DNA of 64,000 nt from Ruminococcaceae bacterium UBA5406 (lineage in GTDB: Bacteria > Bacillota > Clostridia > Oscillospirales > Acutalibacteraceae): assembly GCA_002407675.1 (NCBI GenBank), contig DHNW01000027.1, forward strand, positions 68,519-132,518, in the 5' to 3' direction. The notes under the pieces are model-generated. The model made no database searches. It was not told where the DNA came from and was given only the letters and a program-made list of their open reading frames with translations. The number at the start of each line of letters is the position of its first letter. Position 1 is the stretch's first letter. Below, piece by piece: positions 46,269 through 54,802 of the stretch. Position numbers and translations under genes: made by a program.

Positions 46269-47326
46269 AAAACCGCCTCCAGAAGTTCCGTCAGGCGCTT
46301 TTTGTCTGCCGGGTACAGGAAACTTTCACCGATTTTTTTCAGCATGACCAGCCGGACCGTTCCGCCGAGAGCCTTTTTGTCCAGCATGGCCGTTTCAATG
46401 ATGGGCCGGGGATCCGTTATCTCTTTATCCGATACCGGAAGACCATATCTCTGTAAGACAGAAGCAATTTCCGCCGCCGTGCCCGGCTCGGTCAGACCGG
46501 CTTTTTCGCCGCATTGGGCCATTATGACCATGCCGATCCCGACGGCCTGCCCGTGGGAAAGACCGCGGTATCCGTGGAGCTTTTCCAGCGCGTGGCCGAA
46601 CGTATGGCCGAAATTCAGGAGCATCCGCTCCCCGTTGTCGAACTCGTCCTGCTCCACGGCGGCGCGCTTGATTTTCAGGTTTTCAGCGATCAGCCGCTCC
46701 ATATCCGTGCGGACGTCCGACGTTTTGATGAAGTCGAACAGCGGCCGGCTTTTAATGCAGCCGTGCTTGATGGCTTCGCCCATGCCGTCGGAGAAAAAGC
46801 GGGGGGGCAGTGTTTGGAGCGTGTCCGGGTCGATCAGCACAAGCGAAGGCTGGTGGAACGCCCCTACGAGGTTTTTCCCTTCCGGCACGTCCACGCCGGT
46901 TTTTCCGCCGATGGAGGAATCAATCTGCGCCAGAAGCGAGGTTGGAATCTGGACGAACGGAATGCCGCGCAGCCAGGTGGCGGCGGCAAAGCCCGCCATA
47001 TCCCCCGTTACGCCGCCGCCGAGCGCGACGGCAAAGTCGCTGCGGGTCAGGCGGTTCCGGGCAAAAGCCCCGTAGATTTTCTCGATGGAGGAAAGCCGCT
47101 TGCTTTCTTCACCCGCGGGGAACACAAACGTCCCGGCGGAAAAGCCCGCTTCTTTCAGGGAGCGGGAAATCTGTTTTGCATACAGCGGTGCGACGTTGGA
47201 GTCGGCAACGATTACCGTGCGGCTGCCGGGGCGGAACCGCTTTGCGGCGTATCCGCCTGCACGGCCGAGACAGCCGCGCTCAATAATAATCCGGTAAGGT
47301 TCGGATGTATGTACGGTCAGTTCCAT
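46265..47326 (-). CDS. aroB: 3-dehydroquinate synthase
   Basis: GE.SK, ALGGGV.GD.AGF.AA...RG, DSSIGGKTG, LNFGHTFGHA.E. Confidence 0.96.
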   Translation of the reverse strand: MELTVHTSEPYRIIIERGCLGRAGGYAAKRFRPGSRTVIVADSNVAPLYAKQISRSLKEAGFSAGTFVFPAGEESKRLSSIEKIYGAFARNRLTRSDFAVALGGGVTGDMAGFAAATWLRGIPFVQIPTSLLAQIDSSIGGKTGVDVPEGKNLVGAFHQPSLVLIDPDTLQTLPPRFFSDGMGEAIKHGCIKSRPLFDFIKTSDVRTDMERLIAENLKIKRAAVEQDEFDNGERMLLNFGHTFGHALEKLHGYRGLSHGQAVGIGMVIMAQCGEKAGLTEPGTAAEIASVLQRYGLPVSDKEITDPRPIIETAMLDKKALGGTVRLVMLKKIGESFLYPADKKRLTELLEAVL

Positions 47327-47328
47327 TT

Positions 47329-48165
47329 TTACTCCCCCAGCTTTTCTTTGATCAGGCGGCCTTCACGCAGGAGCCGCCGCAGCGTATCCGCGTCCCGCGT
47401 GTCCACCGCATCGCGGATTTCCCGGATATGCTTTGTGAGCGTGTCCAGTTCCCCGACCAGCGCTTCCCGGTTTTCGAGGAACAGTTCCGTCCACATGGTT
47501 TCGTTGATGCTGGCGACACGCGACACGTCGCGGTAGCTTCCTGCCGAAAATCCCCGGTGTTTCAGGCACTGCGGACTTTTCACGTAGGCGCAGGCCAGAA
47601 CGTGGGGAAGCTGGCTTGTGAAGGCGATAATACGGTCGTGCTCTTCCGGCGTGGTTTCCACGGCGGAGCCGAATCCGAGTTCCGCCGAAATGTTTCTTAG
47701 AAGATTCACGGTTTCCCGCGGTGCGCCGCACGGGACGAGAATGTAGCTGGCCCCGCGGAACAGATCGGCGTCGCTGGCCGAAAAGCCGCTTTTTTCTTTT
47801 CCCGCCATTGGATGGCCGCCCACAAACGCAAACCCGCGTTTTGCGGCCAGCCCGGACAGGCGCGGGCAGATCCAGGACTTGATGCCGCAGGTATCGGTCA
47901 CCACACAGCCGGGCCGGATGGACGAAAGGTGTTCCCGCACAAACTGAACGTCTGCCTGCGGATACAGGCAGAGGTACAGGATGTCGGCTTCCTGAATATC
48001 TTTTTCCGTGCCGGCTTTTCCGATGGCGCCGCAGCGGAGCGCCGCCTGCACCACAGCGGGGTCCCGGTCGATTCCGGCAACAGGGCAGCCCGCGTATTTC
48101 TGAAAGGCCCTGGCAAGGGAGCCGCCGATCAGCCCCAGCCCGACAATGACGATTTTCCGTTTCAT
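47329..48165 (-). CDS. tyrA: Prephenate dehydrogenase
   Basis: GLGLIGGS, GGHPMAG.E, EHD...A.TS.LPH, GS.RD..RVA. Confidence 0.94.
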   Translation of the reverse strand: MKRKIVIVGLGLIGGSLARAFQKYAGCPVAGIDRDPAVVQAALRCGAIGKAGTEKDIQEADILYLCLYPQADVQFVREHLSSIRPGCVVTDTCGIKSWICPRLSGLAAKRGFAFVGGHPMAGKEKSGFSASDADLFRGASYILVPCGAPRETVNLLRNISAELGFGSAVETTPEEHDRIIAFTSQLPHVLACAYVKSPQCLKHRGFSAGSYRDVSRVASINETMWTELFLENREALVGELDTLTKHIREIRDAVDTRDADTLRRLLREGRLIKEKLGE

Positions 48166-48197
48166 GGATGTCCTCCTCTGCTTTTGAGGTTTTACCT

Positions 48198-48206
48198 ATT
48201 ATAGCA
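48198..48206 (-). promoter_or_regulatory. Possible internal extended -10 promoter for tyrA and downstream genes
   Basis: TGC-TATAAT about 32 nt upstream of the tyrA ATG. Confidence 0.45.
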
Positions 48207-48218
48207 GAAAAGCGGACG

Positions 48219-49253
48219 TTATTCCACGGTTTTTCCGAATGCTTTCGCCGCAGCCCGGATGCGGGCCGCCGTACGGTCAAACTGGTCTGGTGTGAGGGAC
48301 TGTGCGCCGTCTGAAAGGGCTTTGGCGGGATCGTTGTGCACTTCAATAATCAAGCCGTCGGCTCCGGCAGCCACAGCGGCCAGGGCAAGGGGCTCCACCA
48401 GCCAGGAAATGCCGGAGGCGTGGCTCGGGTCCACAATAACCGGCAGGTGTGAGAGCTTTTTGAGAACCGGAACGGCGGAAATATCCAGCGTGTTGCGGGT
48501 GTAGGTCTCAAAAGTACGGATGCCCCGCTCGCAGAGAATTACCTGTTCGTTGCCGCCTGACATGATGTATTCGGCGCTCATCAGCAGTTCTTCCATAGTG
48601 CTGGAGAGGCCGCGCTTCAGAAGAATAGGCTTGCGGATGCGGCCCAGTTCTTTTAAAAGTTCAAAATTCTGCATATTGCGAGCCCCAACCTGGATGATAT
48701 CGACGCCCTTTTCAAGAAACAAGTCGATATACTTTTCGCTCATGATTTCGGTCACAATGGGGAGGCCGGTTTCCTTTTTGGCTTCGACAAGGAGATCCAG
48801 CCCCTCGGCTTTCAGGCCCTGGAACGAATAGGGCGACGTGCGGGGCTTAAAAGCGCCGCCGCGGAGGAACTGCGCGCCCGCTTTTTTAACGCGCCGGGCC
48901 ACCCCGCAGAGCTGTTCCCGCGATTCCACCGAACAGGGGCCGGCGATCAGCGACAGGCCGCCCCCACCGATTTTCTGCCCGCCGGGCAAGGTAATGACCG
49001 TGTCGTCTGGGTGGAATTTCCGGTTGGCTTTTTTATAGGGTTCCTGCACCCGCCGGACGCTTTCCACATAATCCTGTGCGGCAACGGAATCCGTGTCAAT
49101 CTGGGAAGTATCCCCAATGAGGCCCAGCACAGTGCTTTGTGCCCCAAACCAGATGTTCGCTATGTTCGCTTTTATGCGGTATTTCCGCTCTAGGGCGGAG
49201 GCTAGTTTTTTGGCCTGCTCCGGGGAGCTTCCAGGTTTCAATACAATAATCAT
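48219..49253 (-). CDS. aroF: DAHP synthase type I-beta (paralog 2, first gene of the aro operon)
   Basis: IAGPCSVES, RGGAFKPRTSPYSFQG, DPSH; GGAGG RBS before ATG 49253. Confidence 0.95.
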   Translation of the reverse strand: MIIVLKPGSSPEQAKKLASALERKYRIKANIANIWFGAQSTVLGLIGDTSQIDTDSVAAQDYVESVRRVQEPYKKANRKFHPDDTVITLPGGQKIGGGGLSLIAGPCSVESREQLCGVARRVKKAGAQFLRGGAFKPRTSPYSFQGLKAEGLDLLVEAKKETGLPIVTEIMSEKYIDLFLEKGVDIIQVGARNMQNFELLKELGRIRKPILLKRGLSSTMEELLMSAEYIMSGGNEQVILCERGIRTFETYTRNTLDISAVPVLKKLSHLPVIVDPSHASGISWLVEPLALAAVAAGADGLIIEVHNDPAKALSDGAQSLTPDQFDRTAARIRAAAKAFGKTVE

Positions 49254-49328
49254 GTTCTTTCCTCCAATATTTTTGCCGTTTGGGTCCGGAAAGCGGGAGA
49301 CCCGCATGCCGGTGAAACGGGCGGAGAT

Positions 49329-49362
49329 AAAAAAACGGCGGAGCTGCTGTCAGCTCCGCCGT
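49329..49362 (-). terminator. Attenuator terminator of the aro operon leader
   Basis: ACGGCGGAGCTG-ACAG-CAGCTCCGCCGT followed by a U-run on the minus strand. Confidence 0.85.
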
Positions 49363-49382
49363 GATCCGAATTCCCCTCGGCC

Positions 49383-49523
49383 TTAACGGCCGCTGTGGGT
49401 TTCGGGTATAGGGGACAGAAGTTTACAGCCGGCTTTTTGGTACGCGAAAACAACCCCGGTTTTAAAAGAAAAAACGGGGTAATACCAGACTGTAAATCGC
49501 GCGGCACAAAAAGACGGTTTCAT
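49383..49523 (-). CDS. Aromatic-amino-acid-rich leader peptide, 46 aa
   Basis: AAAGGAG RBS; MKPSFCAARFTVWYYPVFSFKTGVVFAYQKAGCKLLSPIPETHSGR has 5 Phe, 3 Tyr and 1 Trp in the first 28 codons. Confidence 0.75.
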   Translation of the reverse strand: MKPSFCAARFTVWYYPVFSFKTGVVFAYQKAGCKLLSPIPETHSGR

Positions 49524-49553
49524 CTGCGGACTCCTTTTTATTAATTGCCCTTT

Positions 49554-49582
49554 ATCATAATACAACCGCAGGGAACTGTCAA
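49554..49582 (-). promoter_or_regulatory. Sigma-A promoter of the aro leader
   Basis: TTGACA-17nt-TATGAT. Confidence 0.75.
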
Positions 49583-49789
49583 GGACTTTCTCCGCGAGGA
49601 GGCATGTTAAAAAGAAAACCAAATAATTCCAATAGAATCTTGCAAAAGCAAATAAATATTGATAGAATAAAATAAATGACCGTGTCTTAAACTGGTTGAA
49701 ATCCCGTTCCAGACTGCGGATATAGGGAAGAGCTGAAGCAAAAGCGTACTGCCCGGGTGTGCGGCCCGGCCAATGAGAGGAACGTTACG

Positions 49790-51499
49790 ATGGACAGAGC
49801 CGATCTGAATGCGGAAGAATTGCTGGAAGCGCTGGGATACAGCGTTTTATGCTTTCGGGATGACAGAACCTTGTCGATCCTGTATGCCAGCGGCTCGTTT
49901 TACAGGCTTTTGGGATACCGGGAAGGCGAAATACAGGGTCTGCGTCTGCCAAGTGACAATCCTGTTCTGCGCAATGAGATACCGATTGACTGGCGGCAGG
50001 TGAAAGCTGAAATCGAAACGAAAGGTTACGCCTGCCCCGAATTGCGGCTGATCAAGAAAAACGGGCACCATATCTGGGCGGCTTACCGCGTCCGACTTTG
50101 CGCCAAGGGCGGCGGGTCGGACTGCTTCTGCGGAATTGCCGAAGACATTACTTTGACAAGACGTTCCCTGCGCCAGCAGCGCGAACAGGCGGAAGAGCTG
50201 AAAGCCCTGACGGAAAATGTGCCGGGCGGGGTGCTGTGCAGCCGCGGCGACAAGTTGATGACCCTGAGCCTCATCAGCGACGGCTTCTGCCGGATTACCG
50301 GATATACGCGTGCGGAAATTCAGAGTTCTTTCGGCGGCAGGTTTTTGAATATGATTTACCCCAAGGATCGGGAAGCCGTCAAAAAACAGCTTGAAAACTG
50401 TGTCTGCCGGAACGATACGGCTGAAATGATCTACCGGGTGCCGGGCCGGGACGGGCAGGTTATCTGGTTTCTCGATAAAACAAGACGGACGACGGACTGC
50501 AACGGCCACTATTGGTTTTACAGCGTTCTGATTGACGTCACTGCCTGGAAAAAAGCGCAGGATGAACTGGCGGCCAGCGAAGAGCGTTACCGGCTGATTC
50601 TGGAACACATGGAAACTCCGGTTTTCGACTGCGACCTGAAAACCGGGCGGCTTTATTACTCGCCGGCCTTCCAAAAAAAGTTCGGCGGCGGGTTCCCCAC
50701 CAGCGGCGATGTTTTAGAACTGCTGAAGTCGCAGGACTTTGTTTTGAAAGAAGACCGGGAAAAAGTGTTCCGGAGCCTGAAGAGACTGAAGCGGGGAGAA
50801 TCCGTTAAAGACGAGGAGTACCGGATCCGCAGCGCCAAAGGAAACTACATATGGTGCAGTGCTCACCCGGCCATGTTTTTTGACGAACAAGGTGCCCCGG
50901 CCCGGCTCATCGCGGTGATTACCGATATCGACCGGCAGAAAAAGGAAAATCTTGTCCTGCGTGAAAAAGCGGAGCATGACCTTTTGACGGGGCTTTACAA
51001 TCACATTACTACCAAAAAACTGATTGAGCAGGCAATTGCGGCCAGCAGAGAGGGCAAACGGCACGCTTTCTTCGTGATTGACATTGACAATTTTAAAAAT
51101 GTAAACGACACGTGGGGGCATCTGTGCGGCGATCAGCTGATTGAGCTGACGGCGGCTCAGATTCAAAAGCGGTTCCGGGAAGACGACATTATCGGCCGCG
51201 TGGGCGGCGACGAATTTGTCATTTTCCTGAAAGACGTCAGTTCCGGGCTCATTTTGGAAAAAGCCGGGATTCTGCAGCGCATGTTTGCAGGCCTCAGGAA
51301 GTCTTACAAACCGGAATACGGGATTACCGGAAGCATCGGCGTTTCCATTTACCCGATTGACGGGACGACGTATGAGGAACTGTTCCGGAAAGCGGACGCT
51401 GCAATGTATGCCGCTAAAAAGCAAGGGAAAAACACGTTCCGTATTTATACGAAGAAGGATGGAGACCTGTCCCCGCCGGAAGCAGACTGTGGATTCTAA
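49790..51499 (+). CDS. PAS-domain diguanylate cyclase
   Basis: Three PAS/PAC-like repeats; D.LTGL.N, DIDNFK.VND..GH..GD, RxxD I-site (REDD), intact GGDEF. Confidence 0.93.
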   Translation: MDRADLNAEELLEALGYSVLCFRDDRTLSILYASGSFYRLLGYREGEIQGLRLPSDNPVLRNEIPIDWRQVKAEIETKGYACPELRLIKKNGHHIWAAYRVRLCAKGGGSDCFCGIAEDITLTRRSLRQQREQAEELKALTENVPGGVLCSRGDKLMTLSLISDGFCRITGYTRAEIQSSFGGRFLNMIYPKDREAVKKQLENCVCRNDTAEMIYRVPGRDGQVIWFLDKTRRTTDCNGHYWFYSVLIDVTAWKKAQDELAASEERYRLILEHMETPVFDCDLKTGRLYYSPAFQKKFGGGFPTSGDVLELLKSQDFVLKEDREKVFRSLKRLKRGESVKDEEYRIRSAKGNYIWCSAHPAMFFDEQGAPARLIAVITDIDRQKKENLVLREKAEHDLLTGLYNHITTKKLIEQAIAASREGKRHAFFVIDIDNFKNVNDTWGHLCGDQLIELTAAQIQKRFREDDIIGRVGGDEFVIFLKDVSSGLILEKAGILQRMFAGLRKSYKPEYGITGSIGVSIYPIDGTTYEELFRKADAAMYAAKKQGKNTFRIYTKKDGDLSPPEADCGF

Positions 51500-52827
51500 A
51501 AGGCGGGTTTCAGCCGGCGGGATGCTTCCTTCGCAACCTCGCCGGCCGGCCGGCCGGCGTCCAGCGACAGATCGGAAACCGTACGGTACCGTTCCAGCCT
51601 TTCTTGGTAGAGCTGCTCCAGCGTTTGTCCGCCGCAGAGAAGAGGGCGGGAGCAGTCACCCGCTAAACGGGTGCGGATGGCGTCCAGCGGGGCATCAAGA
51701 AAAAGAATGATCCCGTTGGCACCTAGGGCGGCAGCGTTTTCCGCATCCAGAAGGGTGCCGCCGCCTGCCGCGATCACCTGACGGCTCTTTTCAGAAACGG
51801 TGCGGGAGGCTTCTTTTTCCAGATTGCGAAAACCGCTTTCCCCTTTCCGGCGGAAAATTTCAGCTACCGGCATGCCCTCTTTCCGTTCGATCCATTCATC
51901 CAGATCGACGAAGTCCCGGCCCAAAGCTTCCGCCAGCAGGCGGCCGACCGTCGTTTTTCCGCAGCCCATAAACCCGCAGAGGACGATATTCCCAAATTTT
52001 TTCTTCATTTCAAAAGCAGTGCTTTTCTGAAGATCCCGCAGATCGCTTTCGGAAAAATCCGCGCCGAACCAGATCTCTTCCGCGGCGGCAGCCTGCCCGA
52101 CCAGCATTCCAACACCACTCACGGCTTTTTTCCCGTGGCGGCGCGCGAAACGGAGCAGCTCCGTTTCGCCGGGGTTATAGACCGCATCGAACACGCAGGC
52201 GGAGTTTTCAATAATTTCTTCGCTGACGGGGGAAACGCCTGTTTTTGGATACATCCCGACGGGCGTTGTGTTGACCAGCAGATCCCTCTGCCCGGAAAGT
52301 TCCGAAAACAGACAGTGCCTAATCCGCGCGCCGGGAATGTTTTTTTGCACGTCGGCGCAGAGCTTTTCCGCCGCCGCGGCGCTGTGGGGACGCGTAGCGA
52401 CGGTGACCGTGCCGCCCGCGAGAGCCAACTCAGTGACTACGGCCCGGGCTGCACCGCCGGCCCCGAGAACAGCAGCGCGGCAGCGAAGGCTTACTTTTTC
52501 CGCTTCCAGAGAACGGCGAAACCCGTCGCCGTCTGTGGTGTAGCCGGTCAGACGACCGTTTTCCTGTTTTACGGTATTGACGGATCCGGCTGCTGCCGCT
52601 TTTTTCTGAACCGCGTCCAGAAATGGAATGATTTCCTGTTTGTAGGGAATGGTAACGTTGAATCCCGCCAGCCCGCGCAGCCACGGAAGCGCTGTGCTTA
52701 GAGCAGGAATATCTTCAGCACGGTACTCTGCCTGCTGCCCGCAGAGCGCAAAAAGACGCGAATGGATGAAAGGCGACATACTGTGGCCGGCGGGATGGCC
52801 AACCACAGCGTATTTTTTGAAATTCAT
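51496..52827 (-). CDS. aroE: Bifunctional shikimate dehydrogenase / shikimate kinase (AroE-AroK fusion)
   Basis: HS.SP.IH, NVTIPYK, GAGGAA, D.VYNP, then GFMGCGKTTVG Walker A, GE..FR..E, RPLL. Confidence 0.93.
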   Translation of the reverse strand: MNFKKYAVVGHPAGHSMSPFIHSRLFALCGQQAEYRAEDIPALSTALPWLRGLAGFNVTIPYKQEIIPFLDAVQKKAAAAGSVNTVKQENGRLTGYTTDGDGFRRSLEAEKVSLRCRAAVLGAGGAARAVVTELALAGGTVTVATRPHSAAAAEKLCADVQKNIPGARIRHCLFSELSGQRDLLVNTTPVGMYPKTGVSPVSEEIIENSACVFDAVYNPGETELLRFARRHGKKAVSGVGMLVGQAAAAEEIWFGADFSESDLRDLQKSTAFEMKKKFGNIVLCGFMGCGKTTVGRLLAEALGRDFVDLDEWIERKEGMPVAEIFRRKGESGFRNLEKEASRTVSEKSRQVIAAGGGTLLDAENAAALGANGIILFLDAPLDAIRTRLAGDCSRPLLCGGQTLEQLYQERLERYRTVSDLSLDAGRPAGEVAKEASRRLKPAF

Positions 52828-53041
52828 AAAGGTCCCTCCCTAAAAAAAGACGAAAAAAATATTGACAAAGCAAAGCATTGCTAATAATATGTGGATAGAC
52901 ACTCCGTTTCCGGAAGCAAAAATTGTTCCCCTGCGGCCATTGTAGCACGGGATAAATTCATTTGTCTACAGATGCGCGACGGTTTCGGTGCGGACGGGGT
53001 CCATTGACGGGGTCCATTATTTTATTAAGGAGGATCACAGC

Positions 53042-53272
53042 ATGGTTCTTGAGAAAGTAAAAAAGATACTGGGGGACCAGTTTGATGTTGAGGAAGAAAA
53101 AATCACACCCGAGACGAATTTTATTGATGATCTGGGCGCTGATTCACTTGACGTCGTTGATCTGATGATGTCGGTGGAAGATGAGTTTGAGATCGAGATT
53201 CCGGACGCCGATGTAGAATCCATCAAAACGGTGGGGGATTTGGTAAAATACATTGAAGACCACACCACTTGA
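53042..53272 (+). CDS. acpP: Acyl carrier protein
   Basis: DLGADSLD phosphopantetheine site, acidic 76 aa; AAGGAGG RBS. Confidence 0.96.
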   Translation: MVLEKVKKILGDQFDVEEEKITPETNFIDDLGADSLDVVDLMMSVEDEFEIEIPDADVESIKTVGDLVKYIEDHTT

Positions 53273-53289
53273 AAAAGCTTGGCTTTTTT

Positions 53290-53320
53290 ATCCGCCGTGC
53301 GGGCGCACGGCGGATTTTTT
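53290..53320 (+). terminator. acpP terminator
   Basis: ATCCGCCGTGC-GGGC-GCACGGCGGAT followed by a T-run. Confidence 0.85.
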
Positions 53321-53436
53321 ATGCCAAATCGCCGTTTTTCTGCCCCCGGCCTTGCAAATGGGAAATCTTTTCTTTATAATAAATTCTGGATACTTTCTGA
53401 AAGACCGGATAAAAGGAAAAAAATTGAAATAAAGGA

Positions 53437-54579
53437 GTGTTAAAGCCGGTGGGTCAATTCAGCTTTTTAGTCAGCGGAGTTTCTGCCGTTTCATGGAAAA
53501 TGCTGGTCATGTGGGCAATCGGGGGTCTGCTGATCTGGCTGGCCGTAAAGAAGGACTTTGAACCTTCGCTGCTGCTGCCGATGGGGTTCGGTGCAATCCT
53601 GGTGAACCTGCCGTTTACAGGTGTGCTGGGGAACAGCGGAATTATTACGTGGCTGTTCCAGAAAGGGATCGCCGCGTCCGAGGCCATGCCCCTGCTGCTG
53701 TTTGTGGGGATCGGCGCCATGATCGACTTTGGGCCGCTGCTCTCGAACCCGCGGATGCTGCTGTTTGGCGGCGCGGCGCAGTTTGGAATCTTCTTTACCA
53801 TTCTGCTGGCGGTGCTGCTGGGTTTTCCTATGAAGGACGCCATGTCGGCGGGGATTATCGGGGCGGCGGACGGGCCGACCTCTATCCTCGTTTCTCAGGT
53901 ACTGGACAGCAACTACAAGGGAGCCATTGCGGTTGCGGCATACTCATATATGGCACTGGTGCCGGTTATACAGCCGTTTGCGATACGGCTTGTCACCACA
54001 CACAAGGAACGCTGCATCCGGATGCCGTACCACCCGGAGTCCGTTTCGAAAACGACGAAAATCCTGTTCCCGATTCTCGTTACGATCATTGCGGGGCTGA
54101 TTGCGCCGGATTCAATTGCGCTGATCGGCTTCTTGATGTTCGGGAACCTGATCCGCGAATCCGGCAGGCTGGAGAGTCTTTCCCAAACCGCGCAGGGCCC
54201 GCTGGCTAACCTGATTACGATCTTCCTCGGGATCACGATCGCCTTTCAGATGCAGGCGGAAAAATTTGTGCGCTGGGATACGCTGATGATTATGGCGCTT
54301 GGCTTCGTGGCTTTTGTGGTGGACAGCATGGGCGGCGTTCTGTTTGCCAAGCTGCTGAACCTTTTCCTGCCGAAGGGCGGGAAGATTAACCCGATGGTGG
54401 GAGCGGCCGGAATTTCGGCTTTCCCAATGTCTGCGCGTGTGATTCAGAAAATGGGTCTGAAAGAGGACAACCAGAACCACCTGCTGATGCATGCCGTCGG
54501 CGCAAACGTCGCAGGGCAGATCGGTTCGGTTGTGGCCGGAGGGATCATCCTCTCGCTGGCGAAAACCATTTTACACTGA
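53437..54579 (+). CDS. Na+-translocating decarboxylase beta subunit (OadB/MmdB/GcdB family)
   Basis: EP.LLLP.GFG, GIGAM.DF, IIG.ADGPT, AAYSYMALVP.IQP, G.SA.PM.AR, NVAG.IGS. Confidence 0.93.
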   Translation: MLKPVGQFSFLVSGVSAVSWKMLVMWAIGGLLIWLAVKKDFEPSLLLPMGFGAILVNLPFTGVLGNSGIITWLFQKGIAASEAMPLLLFVGIGAMIDFGPLLSNPRMLLFGGAAQFGIFFTILLAVLLGFPMKDAMSAGIIGAADGPTSILVSQVLDSNYKGAIAVAAYSYMALVPVIQPFAIRLVTTHKERCIRMPYHPESVSKTTKILFPILVTIIAGLIAPDSIALIGFLMFGNLIRESGRLESLSQTAQGPLANLITIFLGITIAFQMQAEKFVRWDTLMIMALGFVAFVVDSMGGVLFAKLLNLFLPKGGKINPMVGAAGISAFPMSARVIQKMGLKEDNQNHLLMHAVGANVAGQIGSVVAGGIILSLAKTILH

Positions 54580-54592
54580 GGAGGGTTTCTGA

Positions 54593-54769
54593 ATGATGAA
54601 CAGGATTTTCCTGACGGCCTATCAAGGGCCGATGGGCGCCGTAAAAAGCAGCGATATCGGCGCGTCCCTCAGGCTGATGGGCAAGGGAATGCTTGGTATT
54701 TTTATTGTCATGCTGCTGATCTTTCTGGTTATCGTGATCTTAAACAAACTTTCTGGCAGAAAAAAATAG
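54593..54769 (+). CDS. OadG-like small membrane subunit, 58 aa (not in the ORF track)
   Basis: GAGGAGG RBS; ...SLRLMGKGMLGIFIVMLLIFLVIVILNKLSGRKK, single TM, directly after the beta subunit. Confidence 0.8.
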   Translation: MMNRIFLTAYQGPMGAVKSSDIGASLRLMGKGMLGIFIVMLLIFLVIVILNKLSGRKK

Positions 54770-54802
54770 AATGCCCGATTGTTGCAGGAAAGGGTTTTGA
54801 AT

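Noticed and set aside
49153-49170. 9-bp tandem duplication in aroF (ANIANI)
   Set aside because: In-frame micro-duplication in the regulatory domain; nothing suggests a programmed role
49330-49540. T-box upstream of the aro operon
   Set aside because: No AGAGA/GNTG stem I motifs and no GGTGGNACCGCG antiterminator on the minus strand
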